A stretch of DNA of 60,393 nucleotides, counting the filler, from Basidiobolus ranarum (taxonomy: Eukaryota): the NCBI GenBank assembly GCA_040143965.1. It is 12 parts of 12 records of this genome, joined end to end, with 100 filler letters (N's around TTAATTAATTAA, not from the genome) between each part and the next. Parts side by side here need not be neighbours in the genome. Positions count along the whole stretch, not along the records: positions 20,197 to 25,139 come from JASJQH010001773.1; positions 25,240 to 30,179 come from JASJQH010001774.1; positions 30,280 to 35,219 come from JASJQH010001775.1; positions 35,320 to 40,256 come from JASJQH010001776.1; 8 more parts are not named here. One strand, given 5' to 3'. Under the pieces are notes generated by a model that saw only the letters and a list, made by a program, of their open reading frames with translations, had not been told where the DNA came from and did no database searches. Position 1 is the stretch's first letter. The number at the start of each line of letters is the position of its first letter. Shown here piece by piece: positions 24,937 through 36,141 of this stretch. The position numbers and the translations under genes are program-made.

Positions 24937-25139
24937 CCCTAACAGAAATTTGAGGATCGTTATCATAGGAAAACAGTCACAATTTTAATCCATTTGGGAT
25001 TGACTGTTTACTTACCATCATAAAATTATCAAGTTAGATTTGATTTTAATCAATTTTTTCAGTTTCAGGAGTGAAATTTCAAGATCTCGCAAAATAGTTG
25101 CAAATGATTGGCTAAAATCTCATAGAACTATGGATCAAC
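24937..25139 (-). mobile_element. CACTA/EnSpm terminus inserted into copia RT
   Basis: CCCTAACAGAAATTTGAGG begins exactly where the copia LYGLRQ coding stops. Reverse complement of 15518-15720. Confidence 0.8.
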
Positions 25140-25308
25140 NNNNNNNNNNNNNNNNNNNNNNNNNNNNNNNNNNNNNNNNNNNNTTAATTAATTAANNNNN
25201 NNNNNNNNNNNNNNNNNNNNNNNNNNNNNNNNNNNNNNNTATGAAGAAAATAAAAACTCTAACATAGGCGCAGAAACCCCCTCTTTCACCGCTTGATATA
25301 CTTCCAAA

Positions 25309-25860
25309 ATGGGTGAGTGTTATTTGTATATCAATAAAGATGGATGAACCCATTTAATTCAAAGGATTCAAGTATATTATTATTATTATTATGCAAACGA
25401 TATTAAATAATTCCCAATCATTTCAGGTAAGGGAAAACCTAGAGGTCTTCAAGCCGCACGTAAACTTCGTAACCATCGTCGTGAAGAACGTTGGGCCGAT
25501 AAACAATACAAAAAGCGTGCCCTTGGTACCGCCTTCAAATCCTCTCCATTCGGTGGTTCCTCCCATGCTAAGGGAATCGTTTTGGAAAAGATTGGTGTTG
25601 AAGCTAAACAACCTAACTCCGCTATTCGTAAATGTGTTCGTGTACAATTGATTAAGAATGGTAAAAAGATCACCGCTTTCGTACCCAATGATGGTTGTTT
25701 AAATTTCGTCGAAGAGAACGATGAAGTACTTATCTCTGGTTTCGGTCGTAAGGGTCGTGCCGTAGGTGATATTCCTGGTGTTCGTTTCAAGGTTGTTAAA
25801 GTCTCTGGTGTTTCTCTTCTTGCTTTGTATAAAGAGAAGAAGGAGAAGCCCAGATCTTAA
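25309..25860 (+). CDS. RPS23: 40S ribosomal protein S23 (uS12)
   Basis: Exon 1 is ATGG (25309-25312), the intron is 25313-25426, and exon 2 reads [14 protein letters not shown]...[23 protein letters not shown]...KEKPRS*. Confidence 0.98.
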
Positions 25861-26636
25861 GCACATCTATTGACATACATGTTTAGACCAACTTTCCTCA
25901 CCCAATTCCTTCGAAATAAACATTAAGTTTTATAATTCAACATTTCATAAGTTTTTAATAGACAGTTAAAGTTGCTTATACGTTTTGTTTAATTGCTTCT
26001 AGAACAACTCGATGGATAATAGAATGGGGCTCCTAATTTCAAAACAAATTCAAGATTGTAAATTTAGAGGATTAGTTCATCCAAAATCAGCATTTTGGAT
26101 CATATCAATATTGGATGAACCAAATCAACCATCTATCCATACACATTTGGCTATGACTCCATCCTATTATTTTCTAGCGTCTAATTTAGTCACTGTAGGG
26201 TATAGAATGCTCCATTTTAGTTAATTCGCTAGATGATTAACCAAAAAGAGGTTCAAGATTGGTACCATAATTACCGTTTATGAGATTATGGTAAGTAGGA
26301 CGCTATATCACCCGGTATTCTTAATTTGGTCAATATATGTCTAGACTGAGGTATACCCAATATAGTTTGGTGGCAAACGTCGATAACGATCGAAAGGCAT
26401 CCAGAGTTACCGACTTGAACCAATCGCAGTATTGATTTGCATGTTTGAAGACTCTCGTATGCTTTGTCTTTGCGTAGAGATAGACCTCGAATGATGAGTT
26501 ACAGATAGAGACGTTGCGAAAAATATTCGAAAAAATGGTTCGGAACCAAGCAAAAGTACTTAAGTACCGTTATGAGTTCTTGGATTGAATCATTCATTAG
26601 AGCAAACATAGAGTGATAGAATCTCACACCTACAAC

Positions 26637-29051
26637 ATGATTTACAAGAACCTACCGAAATTCGCTGCCGATGACGAAATAATTTTCGATAAGCGCGACG
26701 AACACACTCCAGATAACTGGATCAAGAGACATCCTGATCTAATTAGACTTACTGGAAAGCATCCCTTAAACGCTGAACCCTCACCATCTCGTCTATACGA
26801 TGAGGGTTACATTACTCCCAACTCTCTCTTTTACGTGCGCAGCCATGGTCACGTCCCTAAGCTTGATTGGGAAACCCATACTCTAGAAATCTCTGGCTTG
26901 GTTGACAATCCTAAAACCTTTTCTATGGACGAAGTGGTTGCCTTCCCCAAGAGACAATTCCCCGTTACATTCCCTTGTGCTGGAAACCGTCGTAGAGAGG
27001 TCAACCTTATTAAACAATCCAAAGGTTTCAATTGGGGATCGGCCGGTGTATCTACTTCCATATTTGGCGGTGTCATGCTACGTGACTTGTTGCTAGCCTG
27101 TGGAGTCCAAGTCCCCGAGGAGGATGAAGAAGACTGGCATGTTCACTTTGAAGGTGCTGAAATGCTCCCAAATGGTATTTATGGTACTAGTATCAGCTAC
27201 CGTTACGCTATGGATGAGATGAACGAGGTACTTATGGCTTATGAAATGAACGGAGAGATAATTTCTCCCGATCACGGTTTCCCTATCAGACTTCTCGCAC
27301 CAGGAATCATTGGTGGTCGTATGGTCAAGTGGGTGAAGAAAATCTTCGTCTCTAAAGTCGAATCGGACAATTGGTATCATATTTATGATAACCGTATTAT
27401 TCCATCTCATGTTGAGCCTGAAGAAGCCCTTAGAGATAAATGGTGGCAAAACTCCGATTACATCATTAATCCTATGAACATCAACTCTGCTTTCGCATAT
27501 CCAGAAGAAGGTCAAATTGTTCCTATTACCCAGGAATCTGTCAAATGCTGCGGTTATGCCTACACTGGAAGTGGTAACAAGATTACTCGTGTTGAGTTAT
27601 CCCTCGATGACGGAAAGTCCTGGATTTTGTGTAAAATTGATCAACACATTCCCTCTCCCATCACCAAGAAGTACTGGGCTTGGGCAACATGGTCATATGA
27701 TCTTCCACTTAAGAAGTTACTTCGATGCCAAGAGATTATTGTTCGTGCTTGGGATTCTACTTTGAATACCCAGCCCGTTAATATTACTTGGAATATTCTG
27801 GGTCAAATGAACAATGCTTATTTCAGATTGAAGGTAAACCTTGAGGAGAATTCCGAGGGTGATATGGTCTATCGATTTGAACATCCTTGTCTTACCGCTA
27901 ACATCGAAAGTGGTTGGATGGTTCCAAAGAATGTCGAGAAAAAGCCTGAAGCTGCCACTGTTGCTAAGGTGAAGCTTGACAAAGCCTTTACCCAAGAAGA
28001 AATCAGTAAGCACAACACATCCGATGATTGCTGGATCATTGTCAGTAGAAGAGTTTACGACGTGACAGATTTCATTAAAGAACATCCTGGAGGGGCTGCT
28101 AGTATCGTCCTCAACGCTGGTGGTGATTGTACTGATGATTTTGTATCAGTTCACTCAACTAACGCACATAACATTTTGGAGAAGTATTATGTTGGTGAAT
28201 TGGATGGAGATTTAGTAGTTGCCGCTGAAAATATTCCTCAAAATGAAATTGACAGTGCTGTTGCCCTCTCGCCAAAAGAGTATCGCAAATTCCCCTTGAT
28301 AGAAAGGACCGTTTTAAGCCACAATACAATCATGTTACGCTTTGGGTTACCAAGCCCTCAACACAGATTAGGCCTTCCAGTTGGAAAGCATATCATGTTG
28401 AGAGCTGAGATTGAAGGAACCTCTATTGTTCGTGCCTACACTCCTAACTCGTTAGATGAAGAGATGGGTCACGTCGATTTGGTCATCAAAGTATACTACA
28501 AGAACGCCAAATTCCCTAATGGTGGTGTTATGTCACAATACCTTGACACTCTCAAGATTGGGGATACCGTTGAAATGAAGGGTCCTGTTGGTCATTTCGT
28601 TTATGAAGGTTGCGGTCGCTACACCCTCAACAATGGTAAAGTTAGCGGAGAGGTTGATAATATTGGTATGGTAGCAGGTGGTAGTGGAATCACTCCCTGC
28701 TTACAGGTCATCAAGTCAGTGCTTAATAACTCTGAGGATCATACTAAGCTATCATTGATCTTTGCTAATGTTACACCAGACGATATTTTACTACGTGAAG
28801 AATTGGACCAGCTTGCCAAACAAAATCCTGACCAATTTAAAGTATGGTACACTGTGGATCAGAAAGCACCAAGTGACTGGAAATACTCAGTTGGTTTCAT
28901 TAATTGCGATATGTGCTGCAAGATCCTTCCCAAGCCATCGTCTGGTAAATCTATAGTATTATTGTGTGGACCACCAGCTATGCTCGAAAACGCATGCAAA
29001 CCTAATCTGAAGACGATGAAATACGAAGAATCCGAAATCATCATTTTCTAA
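26637..29051 (+). CDS. niaD: Eukaryotic assimilatory nitrate reductase (Moco, cytochrome b5, FAD and NAD(P)H domains), intronless
   Basis: Motifs RLTGKHPLNAEP, CAGNRR, DHGFPIRL, HPGG (heme), LGLPVGKH, RAYTP, AGGSGITP and CGPPAM, with a terminal Phe. The first ATG is at 26637. Confidence 0.97.
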   Translation: MIYKNLPKFAADDEIIFDKRDEHTPDNWIKRHPDLIRLTGKHPLNAEPSPSRLYDEGYITPNSLFYVRSHGHVPKLDWETHTLEISGLVDNPKTFSMDEVVAFPKRQFPVTFPCAGNRRREVNLIKQSKGFNWGSAGVSTSIFGGVMLRDLLLACGVQVPEEDEEDWHVHFEGAEMLPNGIYGTSISYRYAMDEMNEVLMAYEMNGEIISPDHGFPIRLLAPGIIGGRMVKWVKKIFVSKVESDNWYHIYDNRIIPSHVEPEEALRDKWWQNSDYIINPMNINSAFAYPEEGQIVPITQESVKCCGYAYTGSGNKITRVELSLDDGKSWILCKIDQHIPSPITKKYWAWATWSYDLPLKKLLRCQEIIVRAWDSTLNTQPVNITWNILGQMNNAYFRLKVNLEENSEGDMVYRFEHPCLTANIESGWMVPKNVEKKPEAATVAKVKLDKAFTQEEISKHNTSDDCWIIVSRRVYDVTDFIKEHPGGAASIVLNAGGDCTDDFVSVHSTNAHNILEKYYVGELDGDLVVAAENIPQNEIDSAVALSPKEYRKFPLIERTVLSHNTIMLRFGLPSPQHRLGLPVGKHIMLRAEIEGTSIVRAYTPNSLDEEMGHVDLVIKVYYKNAKFPNGGVMSQYLDTLKIGDTVEMKGPVGHFVYEGCGRYTLNNGKVSGEVDNIGMVAGGSGITPCLQVIKSVLNNSEDHTKLSLIFANVTPDDILLREELDQLAKQNPDQFKVWYTVDQKAPSDWKYSVGFINCDMCCKILPKPSSGKSIVLLCGPPAMLENACKPNLKTMKYEESEIIIF

Positions 29052-29329
29052 ACATATAGTATCTAGAACAGTATATTCTCTCCCATCTTTTATAATTATC
29101 ACATGCTTACTGATGTCTGTGCATGAATCACCTTGCATATTTCTATCAGAGGGAAAATCCCAAAAAAACCAATAAATAATCTCTGGGTTACATAATAGCA
29201 ATGACTTGTACAAATAAGTGTAAGTGTGTTGAAACTGGTGCACAAGCCTGAGATAGTGATAATTATCGATAAAGTTGGTAGTAGTGGTGAAAGTGGTTTG
29301 GTTGTTGTCATTTCTATTTCTATTTCACA

Positions 29330-29850
29330 TTTTACTCATTGGCATCATGTCTGTTTCCTGTTTGAGCCTATATAGACACAAGGGTTTCCTTGATTTCTCC
29401 TTCCTACTAATATGAGTTGACAGGCGAGACTGATGTTGGCGTAAATGGAGATAATGCAGGCTTAGTAATGTCTAGAATTTTACTTGAGATGGATAGTTTA
29501 GCTCCTACTTGGGTATAGCCTCGAAATACGCCGGTTAGAAAATCATATATCTATTCGAAGTATTACTAAGCAGTCACATTATCATCACCCAAGCTACTAC
29601 AGGTTATATGTAATTGACGAGTGAATGAAGTGAATTTATCATTTTGTAGTACTCAGGAAGTATGTTAGAGGCAGATTTGGTGAATCTTCAATGATAAATC
29701 TACTACTTGATTGTCCCCATGCAAGAGGAAGAATCCTTAACCAAGTTAGCAAGCAATATACTGAACATATCGCGTAAAAGTAAGCGAATGGGGAAAGGAA
29801 AGAAAGGATACAAATTACTAGTAAAGCTTTAGCGTAAATACAGGTTTGTG
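29330..29850 (-). pseudogene. HSF-type DNA-binding-domain pseudogene
   Basis: Minus strand reads PVFTLKLY | intron | WGQSSSRFII...NILPEYYK..KFTSFTRQLH | lost donor | IYDF. It has frameshifts and deletions and shares the exon layout of 53024-53914. Confidence 0.7.
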
Positions 29851-31019
29851 AATGTTGAGTTTACCAGTGTGATCTTGCAACATCATAGAGAGTTTTGATT
29901 TTCCATAACAACATCCTCTTGTCTATAAATACTCTAGAAGGCTACCGATCAAATTCTAAATTTCATCTAATTCTAAATTTCATCATGAGTTATTGAACTC
30001 GTCACTTAGTAAGATCATCTCAATTGTTACTCATGTCAGTTCCTATAACGTTGAAATCAGACCGATCGCTCTAGATAATCAATTTCTTTAAAAAACGCAA
30101 AATGTGGTGGCAGTTTTCAGTTTGATTTGTTTATCAAAGCTGGTTTTTGAGATTTATAGGTTAAGGTGTATATAGTGCGNNNNNNNNNNNNNNNNNNNNN
30201 NNNNNNNNNNNNNNNNNNNNNNNTTAATTAATTAANNNNNNNNNNNNNNNNNNNNNNNNNNNNNNNNNNNNNNNNNNNNAGATGAGGCAGCTGCAGGAAA
30301 AAAAATTGCCCTCGGTCTGCGGCAAATACTTGTTTGTGACAAATGTAGATGTCTTATTCGGAATCCTATGTCACATCCCGTCGGAGAATTCCTAAACACA
30401 GGTCTTGATTTGCGCAACCTGTAGTAATCCTAGCAAACTCTCTACTATATGGGTGTTGGAATAGATTGCTGTCTAGGAGATGAGATGGATAGGCGAAGGT
30501 TGTACCAGAAACACACTAAATTCCGGTTATTGATGGTAAATGTTCATTAACGTGTAGCCTGAGCTTTCTTCCATCACGGCTACATCGCTATACATTCAAC
30601 CGTAGTTTCTGGTTATAAGTGATGTTGAAACTGTGGCACACACCCATCAAGATTCTCTGCGTATGTACATCAATTACTGGATTGCCTTTTTAGCCTACAA
30701 TGTACAATTACTGAGACAGGCAACGTTTCATGCATATTCTCATGATTAGTCATATGGCTCGGATCTTGGAGCTTTTGAGCATTTCTATCTCGATTTCATT
30801 ACTTAAAGCGATTCATTAAACAGTCGGGAATATTGTCCCCAACAGTAAAACCATATGAACTAGTTGATTATCTATCCATTTATTATTCCCTGCGTAGTTA
30901 GATCGTCGAATAGTTCATACGCAAATTTAATCAGACATGAAGTGGAAGGAGAGATTGATGGACATAAATAACGTTTATTAGCTGTTGTCTAAAGTTGAGA
31001 AGAAAACGATGGTGTTCTC

Positions 31020-31680
31020 TCAGTTTTCGGGAGCATCTTCAAATTGGCCCTGATCAGAAAGATCATCCTCTTCATAAAACTCCTCCTCATCAACAAAGTC
31101 AGGGTGTAGAGTAGCACATTCCGACATGGCATCAAAAATAGCATCCACTATTAGGTAATTTAGATAAATGATATATGCATACACACTAGAAGAAATCACT
31201 ACTAACCCGCGCCGGAGTCACTGGGTACAAATCTAAGTTCAGTGAAATCATCATCGATCTCGTCTTCTTCACTATCTCCATTTTGACCTTGGCTAGCTTC
31301 AAGGAACATTTGATGAATACTGTCACTCAATTGGCAGTATACACAACTGCCGCCGCTTTCTTCTCTAGATACAGCATGCATGGCTATACTAGGATACTCA
31401 ATAGCGAGACCAGTTGAAGTCTCAGAAGAAAAGAAGTACACTTGGCTATAGATACTTCAGTTATTAACGATTCTTATTTGAATAGATGAACTAAACTTAA
31501 AATCCATTTATACCTTTCTGTTACATAAACTGTGCCTTTACCAAAGGTGCCTGCAGGTACTTCTGGAGAAAGCAACATAGAAGTATCCGGTTGTGAATAG
31601 CGAAGAATAACGGCTCCTTCATCTGTTGCTTCACCTGGCTGTTGAAAGGTAGGCAATGAACGAATTATGGTTACAGTCAT
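31020..31680 (-). CDS. pICln / methylosome subunit (LOT5/CLNS1A family), 3 exons
   Basis: Exons ~31680-31514, 31446-31207 and 31147-31020. Motifs GKGTVYVTE, GLAIEYPSIAMHAVSR, CVYCQL, ELRFVPSD and IFDAMSECATLHPD, with an acidic tail GQFEDA. Confidence 0.92.
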
Positions 31681-32784
31681 TTTAGTTGTTCTGTATAGTT
31701 AACAGTAGCTAAAGATATAGGATTACGATGTCATCACAGGTATACGTTTATAAGGATTTCATCATTTTTTTCCAACTTCGAAATTAATATGCTATTCATT
31801 CATAATAATCCTAAATAAATATGTAAATTAACAATACTCTGGATTTGCTATTAATTACTAAATATTGGTTTAATATCCCGTCTAGACTGCCTCAATTCTA
31901 GCGGTAAAAGTCGTTCGCCATAGTTAATACTATAAATAGTCTGTATATTCGCATCTGATTCAACAACACATGCTATGAACTGTTCGAGAGCCATATTACT
32001 TTCATATATTAACTTTATTCCTCGATATGTGGGCAAATTAATACCCTAGAAATCATCATAGGAGTAGGTTATCCCGTGACCTTACAGTGATTATGAGAAT
32101 CTTCGATTTGTGAAAGCATTAAATATTGATAGAGATGGTTATGGGCATGTGAGTAATTACTTCTGGATATGAAGCACAGTAATTATGCTTTACAAAATTC
32201 TATCAAAATCAAATGGAGGGTTGTACTCAGAGCATGTATAAGAGTTCCATTAGATGATTGTATCAGGCTCCACTTGGCCAATTCAGCATAGGATGAAATG
32301 CTACAAACAATCCAATATCAATCTTCTCATAGGAGCATGCAAACTTGTTGGCACAGCAGTAAGCATACTCCTCAAGCATGCCGGAATACACTAAACGACT
32401 ATATGATGTATATAGCATACATAGTCTGATTGTATGAAATTATTTAGCTTCATTCTGCCATTCCTTTGTGAAAGTTAGTCTGTAAATTTAATTTTTAAAC
32501 ACAAAAATAAATTTTCTCTCCTGCCTATCTAGAAATTAGTTATTCATTGTGATTATCTATTTACAACTTATCCAACCATTTTCAGTTATGCATTGAAATC
32601 TAGAATCAGACTTCAATATGTATGGTCATTTTTATTCTGATTCATATTTGCCTGATCTAATTCCTGGAGATAGTAACTGCTCAATGGACTGACATGTATG
32701 ACTTTGACGGTGTAAGTGTACCTAATGATGGTAACTAGGGCTCATCAGGGGCTATTTAATGTATATGGAATAACTAAATACTGA

Positions 32785-33428
32785 TTGAAGTGTTTTAAGT
32801 TGAAAGTGGTTTGGAGAACTAGAAGAATTGATGGTTTTGACTTATTCATATATTTAGTGGAAAGTTGATATTTATAGTTTTGTCTAGATGTAAGCAATCA
32901 GTGCGTGTAGAATGTGTTAAGGGAGACCCCAGGAACATGTGTGCAAAGCTTGGAGCTACTAGGACAAGTTAAAAAAACCTATGTATCTGAGAACTTCTAA
33001 GCAGATTCCTCTTGAGAATAGTGAATGATATCTTAGTGAAATACGGAACAACTACTAAGCTATATATGACTATATAGGTTTAGGTGTTAAAGTATTTGGG
33101 AGCCTGTTGGAAGTGGTTTGGAGAATTAGAGAAATTGGTGGTTTTCACTTATCAATTTATTGAGTAGAAAGTTGACATTTATACTTTTGTCAGGATGTAG
33201 ACAAACTAACGTGTAGAATGTGTTAAGGAAGATTTTAGGAACATGTGTAAGTTTGGGGCTTCTAGCACAAGTTTGAAAAATCTATATATATCTGAGAACT
33301 TCTAAGTTGGTGTCAATATTCTAAGTAAATTCCGATTGAGAATAATGGGTATCTTAGTGAAATATAAGATAACTAAGTACTAAGCTATATATGACTATAT
33401 AGGTGTTTAGGCAATGCTAATTTCAACA
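32785..33428 (-). mobile_element. Two abutting copia LTR-A copies (degenerate 32785-33084; near-intact 33085-33428)
   Basis: The second copy has full TGTTAAAG...TTTCAACA ends and retains CpGs. Confidence 0.9.
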
Positions 33429-33740
33429 CATTTTACGATCGTAAATATTTAAGCATCATTTTATTCCAATTTGATGAGCTGTCACCTGTTTCTATGCAAT
33501 TTCTTAATATTTGTAATATGCGAATGTGGCAGTGTAGAAGCTGAATTGCCTCCATCAAACATGTCCCAAACTCGCAGTAGATCCAGGCCATACATACATA
33601 AGAGTTTATGGAATGGACTACCTAAAATTCTCATCTTCCCCAAACAGAGCGTCTTTAGCTTTCAATATGACATTATTTTTGATTCAAAATTTTGTTGCTT
33701 CTGCAAGATCTCTCTAGTGTGCTATGAATATGGTTGAAAT

Positions 33741-34060
33741 GGTTAAAGTATTTGGGAGCCTGTTGGAAGTGGTTTGGATAATTAGAGAAATTGGTGGCTT
33801 TCACTTATTGATTTGTTGAGTAGAAAGTTGACATTGATAGGTTTATCTGAATCTAAACAAATAGATATGTAGAATGTGTTAAGAAATGTCCCAGCAATAT
33901 GTGTGCAAAGTTTGGGGCTTCTAGCACTAGTTATCAAAATCTATATATCTTCAAACTTCTATGTAATCGAATAATGGGTGATAACTTGGTGAAATATAGA
34001 GCAGCTAGATGCTAAGCTATATATGACTATAGAGGTTTTTAGGCAATGCTAATTTCAACA
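33741..34060 (-). mobile_element. Copia LTR-A solo LTR
   Basis: Full LTR flanked by GAAAT/GAAAC, a 5-bp TSD with one transition. Confidence 0.9.
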
Positions 34061-35319
34061 GAAACAACGGTTTTGTCTCCTATCATTCTAGATCCTTTAG
34101 AAAAGTCAAATGGTAGATGGGCACTGGTATGCAGCTTCCTTGGATACTATCCTCGTGGAGTAATATTGGTTTCATGAATATTTGGTTGATTTTGAAGTCA
34201 TGGCCACCTCTGATTCAGTACAAGAGTTAGTAGATATGATGCAATTTTATTATTAGCATGTAAAAGAAAACCCATATTCCAGAAAGAAATCTTACTGGGG
34301 CCCGTATCCTGTTTGTCCAGGTTATATACCACGAAATGAATGAAAAGCCTGTAAGAATCAAGGTACTTAGTTCAATTCCGTTGTTACATGCTTAGAAGGG
34401 AACAGAAAAATGGAAATTTTGAATTCAATTTTACCAACCTAAAATTCTGCCGCAGGAATATTAGAATTTCCATAATTCAATATCATCCACAATCAACCTA
34501 ATCTCGGTAATAGGTGAATCTATACATAGAACCAAGTAGGGTAGCTGAACCAATAACAGATAATACTAGTATACCTATGAGCAGCTTCTTTTCGGGGTGG
34601 CGATACGTCGATACCTCAAACATACCATTTAGCCATGTCATACTTGAATAGGTGATTCACGGAAGACTAATGAATATGCTACATGTGTTTTAACTTCAGT
34701 ATTGTAAACATCGCATAGCTCCATCCAGCAGAATATGGCCATTTGGTCTGTTACATGGCAGAATTCAAGTATCTGTAGAATCGATAAGCTTATAACGAGC
34801 GGTATAAATAAACATGCACCAGTAAATGTTCGTTTCCGAAACTAGCCAAGATAGCTGATCTGATGCGTTATCGATTGTGTGTAATAGAAATATCATTTCG
34901 CGTTTCCAATTAAATTGAAATCTTGCAATTAGATTTGGTTGCCATAACATGAGCCTTCCTAAATGTAGAGGTCGCGCGGAATTCCAGTCCGAAACATAGA
35001 GAGCGTAGCGCTCACTCGCCCCACCGCGTCACTCCCTGCCCATTTAGCTGGGGTCGCGCAAATTTCACCGTGTGCCATTGAGAAACCAGCTCTGCATACA
35101 TTTTTGCTTATCATGTACCACCGAGCGCAGCTAACTGCTCCCGGTTCAACCAAGAGGCTGGCGGGTGCTGGCGTTCAGCCTGGCGAAACCCATTTACTTC
35201 GCTCCATTGAACCTGCACANNNNNNNNNNNNNNNNNNNNNNNNNNNNNNNNNNNNNNNNNNNNTTAATTAATTAANNNNNNNNNNNNNNNNNNNNNNNNN
35301 NNNNNNNNNNNNNNNNNNN

Positions 35320-35580
35320 CTAGGACAACGTATCAGCGAGATTGGCTATGGGTGGAGTAATATTGGAGAAAATGTGGCAGCGGGATTTGGTGACGAAGTG
35401 TCAGTAATGAATGCCTGGATGAACTCACCCGAACACCGTAGTAATATCTTGAATCCCGTATTTACGCAGACTGGAGTTGCCTACGACGCTCGTGGAAGCT
35501 ATTGGACGCAAGAGTTCGCAACACCCATGACTTTGAGAAGAAGGTCCCTAAGATCTGTTAGAAACAGCAAACATCAATAG
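35320..35580 (+). CDS. CAP/SCP-domain protein (YkwD-like), 3' end
   Basis: LGQRISEIGYGWSNIGENVAAG...VMNAWMNSPEHRSNILNP...YWTQEF. Confidence 0.9.
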   Translation, partial: LGQRISEIGYGWSNIGENVAAGFGDEVSVMNAWMNSPEHRSNILNPVFTQTGVAYDARGSYWTQEFATPMTLRRRSLRSVRNSKHQ

Positions 35581-36141
35581 AATACGTAGTTTGCTTAATA
35601 CCCGAGCTGGCCTCCTACATAACATTAGAGTATCAGTTTGATTAATAAAACCATGATATTTTCTCATTTACTAATATTCTCCAGATGGGTTAGAGGCCTA
35701 AGGACTTGGGATTCAAGGCTAAATTATCAGTAATTATTGTAGATCAACTCAGCGCCTAAAATATCTCAAAGTGCAAATGTCGGCAGGGAAATTTAAGAGA
35801 ATTCCAATGCAGGAATGCTCCTATAGGCATATTCTTAGATTTCGTACTAATAATGTTTGCAAAACGTGTCTGACTGTGCCCAAGTGAATAAGCTACTAGT
35901 AATTTAAGGATTAATATGCGGATGCACACATACACGGACTTGATTTTGATGTCTTTCCACTTCTTTTGCTGATTTTTCGACTCCTTGTATATTTAGAAAG
36001 TGGGTAGATGTTTCTGGTTAAATTGCAAGGGATTCTATAAACGGTAGATCCTGCAGGAGGAAACCCTTACTCCCGATGCCCTCCATAGTATTTAAGTCAT
36101 AGCCTTTCTCCAGAATTCGTTACGATACTATCTCGACAGTC

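Noticed and set aside
26300..26630. GATA motifs upstream of nitrate reductase as AreA-type sites
   Set aside because: A few GATA hexamers are expected by chance in AT-rich DNA, and no clear clustering is visible.
35095..35140. Spliceosomal snRNA suggested by ATTTTTG plus a hairpin
   Set aside because: No U1, U2, U4, U5, U11 or U12 signature sequence. Kept only as an unclassified structured candidate.
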